Source of the DNA: Anolis carolinensis
Lineage: Eukaryota
Direction of reading: 5' to 3'
DNA: 64,000 nt
Assembly: GCF_035594765.1 (NCBI RefSeq)
Contig: NC_085844.1
Coordinates: forward strand, 242,746,107 to 242,810,106
Shown one piece after another: positions 1 through 12,414 of the stretch (its first letter is position 1; each line of letters begins with the position of its first letter). Both the position numbers and the translations under genes were made by a program. The notes beneath the pieces are model-generated. The model had not been told where the DNA came from and did not search any database. It was given only the letters and a program-made list of their open reading frames with translations.

Positions 1-115
1 ACATGGCTCTTGTGTCCCCTCTCAGCCTTCTCTTCTCCAAGTGAAACATACCCAAATCCCTAAGGCACTTCCTATAGGGCTTCCAAATCTTTGATCCTTT
101 TGGTCTCCCTACTGA
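1..115 (-). mobile_element. Degraded CR1 fragment
   Basis: Similar to 52650-52760 (catggct...cctctcagccttctcttc). Confidence 0.7.
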
Positions 116-1521
116 TTCAGACATTTGTTGTGATTGGGGTGCCACAGCCCAAAATGAAATCACAACTGGCTTTAACCTAAAAGCAAATTTGGGAGGCAAA
201 TGTGGATGTTGTTTCCCTTTTAGAACCAGAAATTCCCCAGGGGATGAGATGCCATCCATGCACAACTGGAGCCTGTGTTCAAAGACCCTTATGGAACTAA
301 TGTCAGAGAAGCATCAGCAATCTTGTTTTATTACTTAACTCCTGTTTGTTTTTATGGTTTAATAGATCTACAAACAAACAAAAGAAAGCAACAAACAAAG
401 AACTCTAAGGCAGAAAACATGTCCCAGGCTGCCCTGAGCAGTCATGCGAATTGGCCCTAAGATGTCAACCATACTGAGAAATGATTGTGCCAACCATTTA
501 AGTAGATTGGCGCTCATGCTGTTAACTTGCAGCTTTTTTTGTACATGTGAAGGGAAAGAAGCTTATTTCCATATCTTAATTAAAATTTCTATTAATCCCA
601 TCTGAGGCTTTGTAACTTCAGGATGCATGCACAGAAAATAATAACATTATTATTTCTGATAAACACTTGAGACTGATTATTCCATCGGGTTTAGCATGTC
701 TTGCACTGATGAATGGCAGCAACAGATCCTCATTATAGGACAAGAGTTTTTTAAAAGGACGAAATGCGATTATTATTATTGTTAATTTTTTGTGTGACTC
801 TGTCTGGAAAACTAAACTGATATGCACCACAAGTTCAGCAATGTGTGCTGGGTTGTATTGTGTCACATCACCATACAAAAGACAATTCAACGAGCCTTCT
901 GAGAAATGTATATTTTCCACTTCAAGACACTTAAGTAAACTGGTAGATGTTGGTTTATAGCATTATTTCTCCTGTTAGGAGTACAGTCAGATCTCCGTAT
1001 TCATAAATTCTGCATTCACAAATTCAGCCATTCAGAGCTTGAAAGTATTCAAAAGGGATACATTTGAGTCCACCATTGTATATAATGAGATTTCAGCATC
1101 CAAAAGCCTCGTCCCCATCCTCTTATATGCTTCCTGAAGTTTTATCAGATCCAAATACCACACCGATGCTCAGTTGCAGGAAAGCTTCAGGTTTCTCTTG
1201 TGGGAATGAAACCTATTGTGCAGGGAGTCAATAATTAGAATTCGGTTTTTTCAAAAGCTGCTAGTTCTCAGCTTGTCAACTGAAAATGTGAATTTGAAGG
1301 CAGAGTACGTATTTCCCTGGTTTCACACAACCATGCAATTGGTGGTGGACAGTAAGAGCCATCATCATTAAATTCTGGTGCTGAGCTTTGGTACACAGAC
1401 CTAAAAATGACAAAAACTCAACTAAATCAATTGAACATGGTAAATAGTGAACTGAAAGGGACTTTGTCACCAAATTTCCAGGCTTGTACAAAGATACCTC
1501 AGTTAATGAAGTACAGTTAAG

Positions 1522-1758
1522 GGTTGCTGTATGTTTTCCAGGCTGCATGGCCATGTTCCAGAAGTATTCTCTCCTGACGTTTCGCCCACATCTGTGGTAG
1601 GCATCCTCAGAGCTTGTGAGGTACCTCACAACCTCTGAGGATGCCTCCCATAGATGTGGGCAAAACGTCAGGAGAGAATACTTCTGGAACATGGCCATAC
1701 AACCCAGAAAACATACAACAACCCTGTGATCCCAGCCATGAAAGCATATGACAACACA
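1522..1758. mobile_element. Palindromic Penelope-like element fragment (inverted pseudo-LTR ends)
   Basis: Arms of about 100 bp (1521-1622 and 1623-1724) centred on GGTACC. Flanked by the 13-bp direct repeat AAGTACAGTTAAG (1509-1521, 1759-1771). Sequence resembles the Anolis Penelope terminal region. Confidence 0.85.
1571..1613 (-). ncRNA. Minimal hammerhead ribozyme motif of Penelope type, core intact
   Basis: Minus strand reads ct-CUGAGGA-ugcc...ggc-GAAA-CG-UC-ag: conserved CUGANGA and GAAA boxes, stem II, palindromic ACGU stem III and a GUC cleavage triplet. Confidence 0.7.
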
Positions 1759-1914
1759 AAGTACAGTTAAGTTATCACTCTACATTTTCAGATTTAACTT
1801 TTGCTGATTTGATTATTCACAGATTTTATTTAAAATATTCTCTCTAGGAATCTTTAAGTTCTCCACTGTGACTCCTCCAGTGAACTTCCTCCAGTCAAAT
1901 TCAGGAAGAATCTT

Positions 1915-3100
1915 TTTATCATGTCCCCTCTCAGCCTTCTTTTTCTGCAGGCTGAACAAACCCAGTTCTTTAAGTCATTCCTCATAGGGCTTGTGTTGGA
2001 ATCACAAACGCCTTAAAGGGCCAGACTTAAAAGTGGCTTCAAAACAGAGTTTATTAAAACAAAAGAAAAGGGACGCAGAGAAACTAAAATGCAGTTCCAC
2101 TGGTCAAAACTAAAAAAAAACCACACCAGACCTGGTCCAAAAGGTAAACAGAAAGATAATCCAGATTAACTGGATGCAAAGAGCAACAAGTCAAACAAAG
2201 CGCTCTGAGGCAAAACAAAAAGGCACAGTACACAAATGGTTAACAAAAGGAGTCGTAGGAAGAGAAGCATCATCAGCAGAAATCCAGGGTCGAAGCGGGA
2301 GAAATCCGAAACAGCGTTGCTCCAATGTCTGCAGAAGCAGCGTCTTTAGCCAAACCAGTCCAGGTTCAAACTGCAGATCCAAATCCAACGCCAAACACAA
2401 AGCAGGCAGCAGCAAGTCTACAAGAATATTTACCAATATACAGCACACAAACGCACATCAACACCTTGCCTTCTGCAAAGACCCCTCAACCCTGAATCCA
2501 CTTTTATCTTCAAACCATCAGAAGATGAACTGACCACCGCCCCATCACTATCCCCTGCAGCTGCTCCCAGCTCTTCACGTGAATTCCCTTGCCTTTCCCT
2601 CCAATTCCTTCATCTCCTGTCAAGACTTAGATCCCCCCAAGACTCAGTTGGATCCCCTGATTGCCAGTCTTCACCCCCAGATAACCCCATAAAGGTATCA
2701 CTAGTTGTTGGCGCCTCACAAATAGTTTGCACTTCTCTTATCTTAGTCCAATCCATGGTGTCTCCTTCTGCTCCTTCACTCATTGACCCAGAGATTCCTT
2801 CAAATGACTCCTCATCTGCAGGTGCTGTAAGTATGTCCCGAATCCTCTTTCAATGCTGCTCATCATCAGATTCCTGCTCCTGAGTAACCCATACGACTGT
2901 TTGTAACGTTACTTACAGGCTCTACTACAATAGCTTGGTTTCCAAACCGTTGATCATTTTGGCCTTCTATGTACACATTCCAACTCATGAATATCCTTCC
3001 TGAATTGCAGTGCCCAGAACTGGATATGATATTCTAGGTGAGGTCTGACCAAAGCAGAATAGAATGATAACATTATTTCTCTTGATCTATTCTAGACACT
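1915..3100 (-). mobile_element. Old CR1 fragment split by the solo LTR (1915-1993 and 2933-3100)
   Basis: Collinear with the young CR1 copy at about 52660-52890. Confidence 0.8.
1994..2932 (-). mobile_element. Solo LTR of about 940 bp (probably Gypsy-like) inserted in a CR1 fragment
   Basis: Ends TGTTG...CAATA (one mismatch from TGTTG...CAACA), 5-bp TSD GCTTG (1989-1993, 2933-2937), and AATAAA on the minus strand near 2049. The interrupted CR1 sequence resumes on the other side. Confidence 0.75.
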
Positions 3101-3398
3101 AGACACCGAGAACTGGGAAGCCCTCACCCTCGAGTGTTCTAACTGGAGGTCAGCTGTCACCAACAGCTGTCACCAACAACAGGTACGAATGGAGGGTGAA
3201 AGGGAGAAAAGTGTCAAGAGGAAGGAGTATCAAGCCAACCCTTGTTGGGACTGCCTTCTATCTGGAAAACAATGTCCTCACTGTGAAACATTTGGATCCA
3301 GAATAGGTCTCTACAGTCATCTACGGACCCACCGCCAAGACCCTACGCTTGGAAGGCAATCATACTTGACCATGAGTGATTGCCAATGATTATGATGA
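3100..3398 (+). mobile_element. RTE-clade LINE 3' end
   Basis: Relic ORF end CPHC...GSRIGLYSHLRTH (zinc-finger-like C-terminus of RTE elements) followed by a short (TGA)n-like tail. Confidence 0.7.
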
Positions 3399-4129
3399 TT
3401 GATGCAGCTTAGAAAATTGAAAATTGGTGATATATCATGTGATGATATGCTAATTGTGTTGTGTGTAAAGGACTGAAAGAAGGGACAGCTGTAAAAAAAA
3501 ATTGAGACTGCCATGGCTAAAAACTCAAACTGGCTTTCAGGGCCCCAACAAGAGACTCCACTGCTCTTGAGAGGTCATTTCAATTTGTATCTATATTTAC
3601 AACAGGACAGGCTTTGGGTTTATAATCATAGCAATAAAATAGCTCATCAGTAACTTCTTAAGGAAACTTGTTATTACTGAAAATGACACTCTTAATTGTC
3701 TCCAGACATTCGGCAAGTGTACGGAGTGGAATGGCCTGATAAGCTATTGAGCTATTAAGGGATGTAGAATCAATTAATGTAGCGAGATAAGAAAGTAATA
3801 TCCTACCTAGGTAAACTAACTAAATAGCACATGTCAGGCAAGTTCCCTATGAATCCAGGTGGGGATGGTTTAAAGTGACAGGTTTTCCCACTGCTGTCTG
3901 TCAAGGTTTTTCTTCCTGTTTCTCAGGGCAAAGATACATATTTCACCTTGACTATTAAGTCTTCAGAGGGTTGGTATTTGCTGCTTACCATGTTCAGTTC
4001 ATTTAGTTTATTTTTTTATTTTTTTAGCTCAAAGTACCAAGGCTCAGCATCAGAGTTTAATGATTACGAATCTTGTTCTCCACCACCAGTGGCATTGTTA
4101 AGTGTGAAACCAGGGAAATAATCACATGG

Positions 4130-4322
4130 CTAGGATTCTGGGAGAACTGGGTTTGATTCACTGCTCAACCATGAAAGCCCACTGTGTGAGCTTAGCAACT
4201 CACACTCTCTCAGCCTCAAAGGAAAGCAATGGCAAATCTCTCCTGAACAAATCTTGCCAAGGAAACCCTGTGATAGGTTCACCATAGGGTTGTATGTTGG
4301 TAACAACTTGAAGGCACAAGAC
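4130..4322 (+). mobile_element. Old short interspersed repeat; related degraded copies near 8280, 22740, 24700, 25900, 32510, 41940, 45560 and 60680
   Basis: Recurring motifs gaacaaatcttgccaagaaaac / gacttgaaggcacac and ctgaaatatagcctacagcacctggtattc. Family not named with confidence. Confidence 0.55.
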
Positions 4323-5615
4323 ACCCTTCTCCTTGCATTCAATCATTTGAAAGTACAGTATTATGCAAGAATTATACAAGTATTGTATTGTATGGAACAA
4401 TCCTGGTTTCGTATAAAGACACAGTGAGTAAAGACACTGCACAAGAAACTATTTTTTTATGCATAGAAAGTTTTTTGTTTGTATGAAAAACACATCTTTT
4501 CCTGCAGAATTCTTATGCAACATTTTGGGACATCAAATATCAGGAGGACTGTAGTCTCACATTAATCTGTCCATGTTTTGAGATCTTCTGGGAGGCTTTA
4601 GTGGCAACACAAGAGGGGATCTTCTTGATAGTGACTCTTGCTGGTTTATTTCTATTTTTATTATATGAGTTGTTGGAAAACCCATTTTTTTCCCATTTAG
4701 GAATGGATCATTGTGAATAATCTTCCCATCTTTTTTCTGGTCCTAGAGCAGGAGTTCTGCAAACAGGACTTTACTTAGTTCCCTTTTAAATCCATTTGGA
4801 ACCCTTCTTTGGAGTTTACATTTCTTTTTAAGGCATTTATGCAGGCTAGATTGATGTCTTTTTTTGGCAGCTGACACTCCTAGCTGAGGTTCAGAAGTGA
4901 GTAATGAATGGTTTACTAGGTGGGGTATCTAGGCCTCAGGGCCTGACCCGCAGTGCCTGTTCCCTCTTTTCAAAGTCATAAGATGAAGGAAGAAATATGA
5001 GAGCAAGAGCACTGTCCTGTAAAAATGCTCCCCAGCCTTCATTCTGCTTTAGCCCCTTGGATGAATTGTGCTTTGGAGAACTGCTATAGAATATCCACAG
5101 ATTCAGCCATCCACAGCTTTGATAATTTTCAAATAAAAAGTCCAAGAAACAAACCTTGATATTGTCATTTTGTATAAGGGACACCCTTTTATTATGCCAT
5201 TGTAGATAATAGGACTTGAACATTCATGGATTTGGGTATCCACAAAGGTTTCTGGAACCTAACCCCAGCAGATACAAGGGACTACTATGATTAGATAGAG
5301 GTAACCATAAAAACCTTTTTATAAGCCCAAATATCATATTAGCATTGAGTTTCACCTTCAAGGCTAAAACTCTGTGCTAATTTGCTTATTATTGCTCTGG
5401 TTGGAGATTTCATTATTTCCCAATTACAATGATGCTTCAAATCATCTGGTCAACATCAAGTGCTGTTGCTTTCATTGCTGCTAGGCGTTCTTATAGCTGC
5501 TGATTTTGTCAATATTGTTGGTGTTATTAGCCACAGTATCGGTCTGCTGTGGTATGGGAAGAAGTTCACAGGTATGAAACTATGTGTCACAGCCAGCACT
5601 ACTTGACACTAATAA

Positions 5616-6117
5616 TGGCTGGATCTACACTGTCATGGGGCCTCCGGTGGCTCAATGTGTTAAAGCGCTGAGCTGCTATACTTGTGGACCAAAAGGTCGC
5701 AGGTTCAAATCCAGGGAGCAGAATGAGCGCCTGCTGTTAGCCCCATCTTCTGTCAACCTAGCAGTTCGAAAACATGCAAATGTGAGTAGATCAATAGGTA
5801 CTGCTCCGGCAGGAAGGTAACGGCGCTCCATGCAGTCATGCTGGCCACATGACCTTGGAGGTGTCTACAGACAATGCCGGCTCTTTGGCTTGGAAATGGA
5901 GATGAGCACCAACCCCCAGAGTCGGTCACGACTGGACTTAGCGTCAGGGGAAACCTTTTCCCTTACCTTACACTGTCATACAATGCAGTTTGAATCTGCA
6001 ATATATAGTCAGTGTAGACCTATATAATGAAGTCTAACTGCACTGAACTCATTTATTTGGGTCTACACTGACCATATAATGCAGATTCAAGCTGCATTAG
6101 CAGTGTAGATCCAGCCC
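5616..6117. mobile_element. MITE (PIF/Harbinger-like) interrupted by the Sauria SINE
   Basis: TIRs GGCTGGATCTACACTG / CAGTGTAGATCCAGCC, with TAA and TAG flanks. Confidence 0.75.
5637..5968 (+). mobile_element. Sauria SINE, full length
   Basis: tRNA-like A box (GGTGGCTCAATG) and B box (GGTTCAAATCC), Sauria core CAACCTAGCAGTTCGAAA, ACCTT tail. TSD TACACTGTCAT at 5626-5636 and 5969-5979. Confidence 0.92.
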
Positions 6118-7431
6118 TAGTGATGCCATTGAGTTTTATTTAATAATTAACCTTTCTGATCAACTATTCCATATCTATCATCCTTGAATTTAGGGTGGCC
6201 ACCATATTGTTTCAAACCATCCATCACCACCACCATCACAGTTATTATAAATATATATTTTTTAAAAGATCATAGTCTCAGAATGTGTTTTGAAAACTGC
6301 TGCTCGGGTCTTTGAATTCCAAAGAAATAATAGCAAGAAAGCCCTCCTTGTCATAATCCCCAGCAACACACGCACCCATACACAAGTTAGCACAATCTCA
6401 CCCTCTTTTGTTCTCTTCGCTTTCTTTGTTCGTGGTGCGGTAATGAAAAATGACAGCCATATTTATTGTAACATTCCTCCAGGAATGCAAAAGATAATTA
6501 CCTACCCTTAGCACGGCGATGAGAACGAGGGTGAGTTCTATCTCCTTCCAACTGTCTGCAACTTAAGATGGGAGCGTGGATGAAATGCAAATAACTAGAC
6601 CTGTAAGAGTAATTAAGGGGCGGAAAAATGAATGCTGCAGGTTGGAGAGCCAGAAGTAGGCTGGAAGATTAGGATCAGGAACATTTGGGTTGTGTCAAAA
6701 GAAAACCAGACTATCTCTCGTGACATGTGCTCCCAAAGGCCATTGATAGCATCCAAGCTGTCTTTAGTTTCTTGAGGACACCTCCTGCTGCTTTAAGATA
6801 TGCTTTTGATTGTGTGTTTGTGATGCTACAGCAATCAGTGCTTTGGGACTGGATGTAGCTTTTGTGATAGAGTAACTTCTGGATTGCTGCAATATTTTCC
6901 AGAAATGGAAGCTGTGATGCTATCAATCGTTGGAAACAGAACATGGGAAGCTACTTAAAAAAAAAAAAACACAAAAAACTAGAACTCCCCAATCCAGCCT
7001 GGTCATTGCATACTCGCCAATATTTTACAGATGAATATTTAGACATATGTGGCCAAGCCATATCAGAGATTGCTCAATATGGCAAAAGCTCTTAGAGATC
7101 ACACAAGCTAAGAGAGGATGCAGCAGTTTGCTTTTGCCTGAGTCTCTTGGGAAGGGAAAGATTTTACCCACTCCTCTCTTTCCTTGCCTGCTGAGTTAAT
7201 TCATCGGAAACCACTTTTGTACTTTGAATTTAGTTAACAGCAGTTGAAGTAAAGTGAGGACAAAGGTGGAGAGTGGAAGGGAATAATCCACTACCAATTG
7301 AAAAGTAGCCAAAAATGGAATGATAGAAAACTAATTGGACTGTTCCTTCTAAATCAGGACTGTTGGCGGGTATGTCACTATGATACTGCTGTATCCCAAT
7401 AGAAAGTTGCATCAGCATAGGCATTCTACTC

Positions 7432-7582
7432 AGGCTGGATATTTACTACCCAATATCCCAGGATCTGATCCCAGATTATCTTCTTATCCCATATTATCTG
7501 GCAGTGTAGATGCATATAATCCAGTTTCAAAGTTAATAATCTGGGATCAGAACTTGGGGTATAGGGCAGTATAGATCCAGAC
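7432..7582. mobile_element. Palindromic MITE of the same TIR family
   Basis: Degenerate GGCTGGAT...ATCCAG TIRs and internal inverted repeat CTGATCCCAGATTAT / ATAATCTGGGATCAG. Confidence 0.65.
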
Positions 7583-8614
7583 TCAGAGGGTTTCATCAAC
7601 AGTATAGGGAAAACCTGGATATATCATAGATAGGAAAGAATCCTTCAGCTTCAAAGACACCTAATTTCTCCTAACACGTATAGGGGAAATGAGCCACTGA
7701 GGGGGATACAAAATAGGGTACAGATTTGTATAAAATTTACATATTTTAAGATACAGAAATTAGATAGAAAGAAGCAATCTCATTTACAGAACAAGTATTC
7801 TTCAAGCTGCGGTACACACCATATAAAGTAAAACAAACAAATCAACAAGCAGGACTAAATTATTACAGAACAGATTGAAGACAAAAAAATGGCAGAATCC
7901 ACTAGTGGTCACATACAACTCCCATCTGAGGCCACTCAGATCTATCATTAGTGAACTGTAGTATCTATTCTGGACGGTAATGCTGCCTTCTCAAAGGCTC
8001 TTGGTAGCAGGACTTTTACTTGCCTATAAACAGCCTCCAAATTTCAAACAAATGCTTATCTACAGAAGGGAGCAAAGCATGGATATTGACGACCTTGCCA
8101 GAAGCCCAGATGCCAACTCTCAAGTCTAACTTGGGAAATGTCATCACCGGACCTAATCATGTCACCCACATAAGAGGTACTTTGTAGTTTGGTGAGGAAC
8201 TTAGAAGTCTCTGTAAAAGAGCTCTAGTACTGTAATTCAAGAGAGCGCATTAGAGAATTCTATGTCCCTGACCAAATTGTGTGTGCCTTCAAGATATCTG
8301 TTGACTTATGACCACCACATGAATTTTCATAAGGCTTTCTTAAGCAGGGAATACTCTGAGGTGGTTTTGCCAGTTCGTTCCTCTGAAATATTGCCATCCC
8401 AGAATTACATAGAATGTAGTCAAAATTCTGTTGACTGGCTGTTACTCTGCAATGTGGAAACTTCCACACTTTATAGAAAAAGACTGTGCCCTTGCGCCCT
8501 TTCACAACTGGTGGACTATGATTCCACTTTAATTGCCATGACTACATCCTATGAAACTTAGTTTTTTTAATTTGACAATGCATTAAACTGTGAAAGCTGT
8601 TTGGCATTGGAACC

Positions 8615-8757
8615 AAATGTGGTAGAGGTTCCTTCTTTGGAGGCTTTTAAGCAGAGGTTGGGTGGCCATCTGTTGGGGGTGCTTTGAATGCAATTTTTCT
8701 GCTTCTTGGCAAGGGGTTGGACTGGATGGCCCATGAGGTCTCTTCCAACTCTCTGAT
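8615..8757 (+). mobile_element. CR1 3' end fragment nested in a MITE (about 8494-8884)
   Basis: Matches the reverse complement of 52335-52470. Confidence 0.8.
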
Positions 8758-10176
8758 TTTAAAGGAGATCTTTGGCTGAGAATTCTAAATGCCCTTATAT
8801 TTCAAATCCCATTATTTCATAGGATGTTTCCAAGGCAGTTAAAAGTTGGACCATAGTGTTATAACTCTGTTGTGTGAAAGGGCCATCTGTTTGTCAACTG
8901 TTGATAAGAAAGAAGTAATTTCAAGGCTCCTGTTCAATGTCTTATTTGAGCATTTTATCTTGAAACTAGACTTGTAAACAACCTGTGAAATAGATGGTTG
9001 TTCTCTAACAGCATTTCTAATGCAGGACTGTCTTCAGACTCTCTTTTATCAAGTTGGGTATTAAATTGCATGCTTTTCAGAAGGTTCTGATACTATACCT
9101 GTACAGGACATGGCACAGTTTCCTCCTATTATAGTCAATGGATATAAAAAAGGAAGAAGCTACCAATACAGGTCCTGTCCTGGATATATTGAAAGTTCTC
9201 AACCTAAGGATATGTAGTAGATGCTCTGCAATGGATCACAACGATTGACCACTTTTTTTTAGAATGTAGGTTGTAATGATTTCTCCCAGCAGTTTAAAAA
9301 AGTTCAGAAAACTTTTGTGTGGATCAGGATTGTAATGCAGAGGTATAGCTATTGTGGGGGGAGGGGGGGAGAGAGAGAATTGAGAGTATTACCCATCAAA
9401 TAAGAATTCTGCTCCTCCAATGAAATTTCTCTTCAGTTCAGAATCAGTGGGAGTAAAGTTAAATAATAGCTCATATGAAAGTTGGATCCCTCTCAGCAGT
9501 GGAGTGAAAACATATTCAACTTAGCCTGTATACAATGCATTTTGACATCAGTAGCTAGCTACTATTAGGGTTGCCAGATTTCAGGTCTGGACCCCTAGTC
9601 TCCAGCTTTCACAGGTCATCTTCAGGCAGGAGATCAGGGAGCAATTCTTATTTTGGTGGACTTAGCTCCAGGCAAAGGCAAAGGGCTTTATGCGAGACAC
9701 CAGCTCAGCTGGCAGAAGAGCAGGTTACTGTAATTTGCAAATGTTGCTTTATTTGTTGCTGCAACTTGTAAATATAAATAAATATACATATTTATTGTGT
9801 TACTTTCTTCTTCCTTCCTTGTTGTTGTTTTGTGAGGCCTCTGCTCCCTTTTGTATCCACCTTCTGGCTGAAAGCAAATACAATCCATATCATGTCTTCC
9901 TAAGCAGATGAGCAACTGGAGTTGATACTTAATGCCTAACAATGCCATTGCCACAGACCATCCATAGGCCTCAACTTTGGCTCTGAAAACCCAGGGCTGG
10001 AACAGTCCTGAACTGGCAATTTGATCAGCAGAGCATGGGTCAATCATTACCTTTTACAGTTGGGTCTCATATCCATGGATTCTGTATCCTTGATGTCAAC
10101 CAGTCATGCCTTGATGTTTTTCATTTCCAAAAATCAAACTTTGATTTTGCCATTTTATATGAGGGATGCAATTTTG

Positions 10177-10610
10177 GAATCATAGAACCATTAAAATGGA
10201 AGAGACCGCAAGGGCCACCCAGTCCATGCCTTTGCCATACAGAAACCCATGTTCGCTCTTAACAATCTCTTCTCCAACCTAAACATGTCCAGCTCCCTGA
10301 ACTATTCTTTGGCTTCCAGACTTTTGATCATTTTGGACACCTTCCGGCTTGTCAATACCCTTCTTGAATTGTGGTGCCCAGAACAGGACACAGTGTGATT
10401 CCAGGTTTAGTCTCACCAAAGCTGAACAGAGTGGGACTATGACTTCCCTCAGCCTTGACACTTTACTCTTTTCAATCACATTGGCTTTTTAAACTGCTGT
10501 TGACTCATGTTAAGCTTGTGGTCTACTAAGATTCCTAGATCCCTTTCACATGTACTGCTGTTAAGCCAGGTGTCAACCATGTTATATCTTTGCCAGTTAC
10601 ATATCTTACA
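10177..10610 (-). mobile_element. Degraded CR1 3' fragment
   Basis: gaatcatagaa tail plus relic ...CERDLGILVDHKLNMSQQ and LCSALVRLNLE...FWAPQFKK. Confidence 0.85.
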
Positions 10611-10676
10611 GTACTCCCTATTGAAATTTGTCCCCAGTCTGAGATATATAAACGTCATTTTACTATGCCATATAGT

Positions 10677-11012
10677 GGAGCCTCCAGTGGCTCAGTGTGT
10701 TAAAGCACTGAGCTGCTGAATATGCAGGTTCAAATCCAGGGTCCCAGGTTCAAATCCAGGGAGCAGAGTGAGTGCCCACTGTTAGCTCCAGCTTCTGCCA
10801 ACCTAGCAGTTCGAAAACATGCAAATGTGAGTAGATCAATAGGTACCACTCCAGCGGGAAGGCAACAGCAATCCATGCAGTCATGCTGGCCACATGACCT
10901 TGGAGGTGTCTACAGACAACGCCGGCTCTTCCGCTTAGAAATGGAGATGAGCACCAACCCCCAGAGTCGGACACGACTGGACTTAACGTCAGGGGGAAAC
11001 CTTTACCTTTAC
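10677..11012 (+). mobile_element. Sauria SINE
   Basis: A and B boxes, Sauria core and ACCTTT tail. TSD TATAGTG at 10671-10677 and 11013-11019. Confidence 0.92.
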
Positions 11013-12414
11013 TATAGTGAGACCTGAACATCAACAGATTTTTGTATCCATGTGGGGTCCTGAAACTAAACCCCAGCGAATATCAAGGGCCTACTCTATA
11101 TGTCTGAATGGCTCTGCAGAACAGATGGGTTCTCTTATGTAGTTTTCAAGCCCTTCTGCCTTTGGGTGGACATATTTCTCTTTATTCATACGTATTTGCA
11201 TAGAATAGGCACCAAATTGAAACTATTTGTGCAGCATGTCTGCAGGGGCCTGTGGCTATAATCCTCACCGGAAGGTAAAAACAGAGCACTTTGCTCTTTG
11301 CCGTTCCCCTTTTAAGCTGGGCTATTATCTGCAATTTCTGTACTAAGTTTCATAAGTAGAGGTTATCATATGTTGCAGGCCATCTATCCTGCTGAGGAGC
11401 CAAAACGAAGGCTTGATAATGTCGTTGCCCAAAGGTAGATAAGAGCCTCAGCCTGCTGAAGGAATCCCACAAGGCTTCCTGCGACAAAAGGGAAGTAAGG
11501 ATATAATTTATTATCCCCTCCCTCAAAGGGCTCTACGATTGTCTGCAAAGTCAAGCCAAGCAACTCTGCATGTTAATACATTTGTGTGTGTATGGAAACC
11601 TGTCAGCGTCTTTCTTTGCTTTGGGGCTGGTCCATGGTGAGCAGTCTTCATATGTTGCAACTCAGGGGGGCCTGTGATCCGTGAACCTTAACTAAACTCA
11701 AGCGTTTAAGGATTCTGCTTCCTCTCGCATATAACCTTCCAGCAAGGACAAAATCACTCCCGATACAAAATCACTCTTTGAGAGATTGTGCTATTGTGGC
11801 TGAATAGAAGTCAAGCACTAGCCTGGAAAGGCAAACATCTACCTCTTATCATTCGATGGCTTGAGAACACTACACGGTTTTCAGCATATAAACACATGGA
11901 ATCCAGATGTTAATTTTGTATGGATATCCATCTGAATCCTTCTTTTAACTGAACTTAATTCACAGCCTTTTGGTTTGGTGATTTGGTTTACTTTTATTAT
12001 TTTTTTGCTATTGAGGTTTGTGGGGTTTTTTCCCCCGCTTTTTTCTTTGTATCTTTTTTCTTCCTTATAGGATTCATGTTCATTAAAATGCTAAAGAGAG
12101 ATGGAGGCAGCATCTATATAACATTGGCCAATACACATTTTGATACCTCAAATGTTAGCCCTGTTTCTGGGTATACTTGACCTGCTGATTCCAAAAACGA
12201 CACCGGTTTTCCCCTATCTTCTTTAGTTTTTGACATACCGAACATATGCCATATACCAGTTGCCATGTGTTCGCCCATAGAAAAGAATGATTAACCATAT
12301 CTAAGAAAGTAGAGCTGATGGGATCTAGCCAATGCAATTTTCTTAATTAGCACTCCAAATAACCTTTAGAGACATAAACACCAATACACTAAGAATTATG
12401 TTTGTTAGGCTGTA

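Larger units (their letters stand above)
10056..11098. mobile_element. Tc1/mariner-like MITE split by a CR1 fragment and a Sauria SINE
   Basis: 5' part 10056-10175 and 3' part about 10650-11098 are collinear with the uninterrupted copy at 49469-49692. Confidence 0.65.

Noticed and set aside
5637-5715. tRNA gene
   Set aside because: The A and B boxes belong to a SINE head followed by the Sauria body and tail. There is no complete cloverleaf.
6483-6530. Possible coding exon (CAG...GG/GTGAGT)
   Set aside because: Stops in all three frames and a weak pyrimidine tract. At most it is non-coding.
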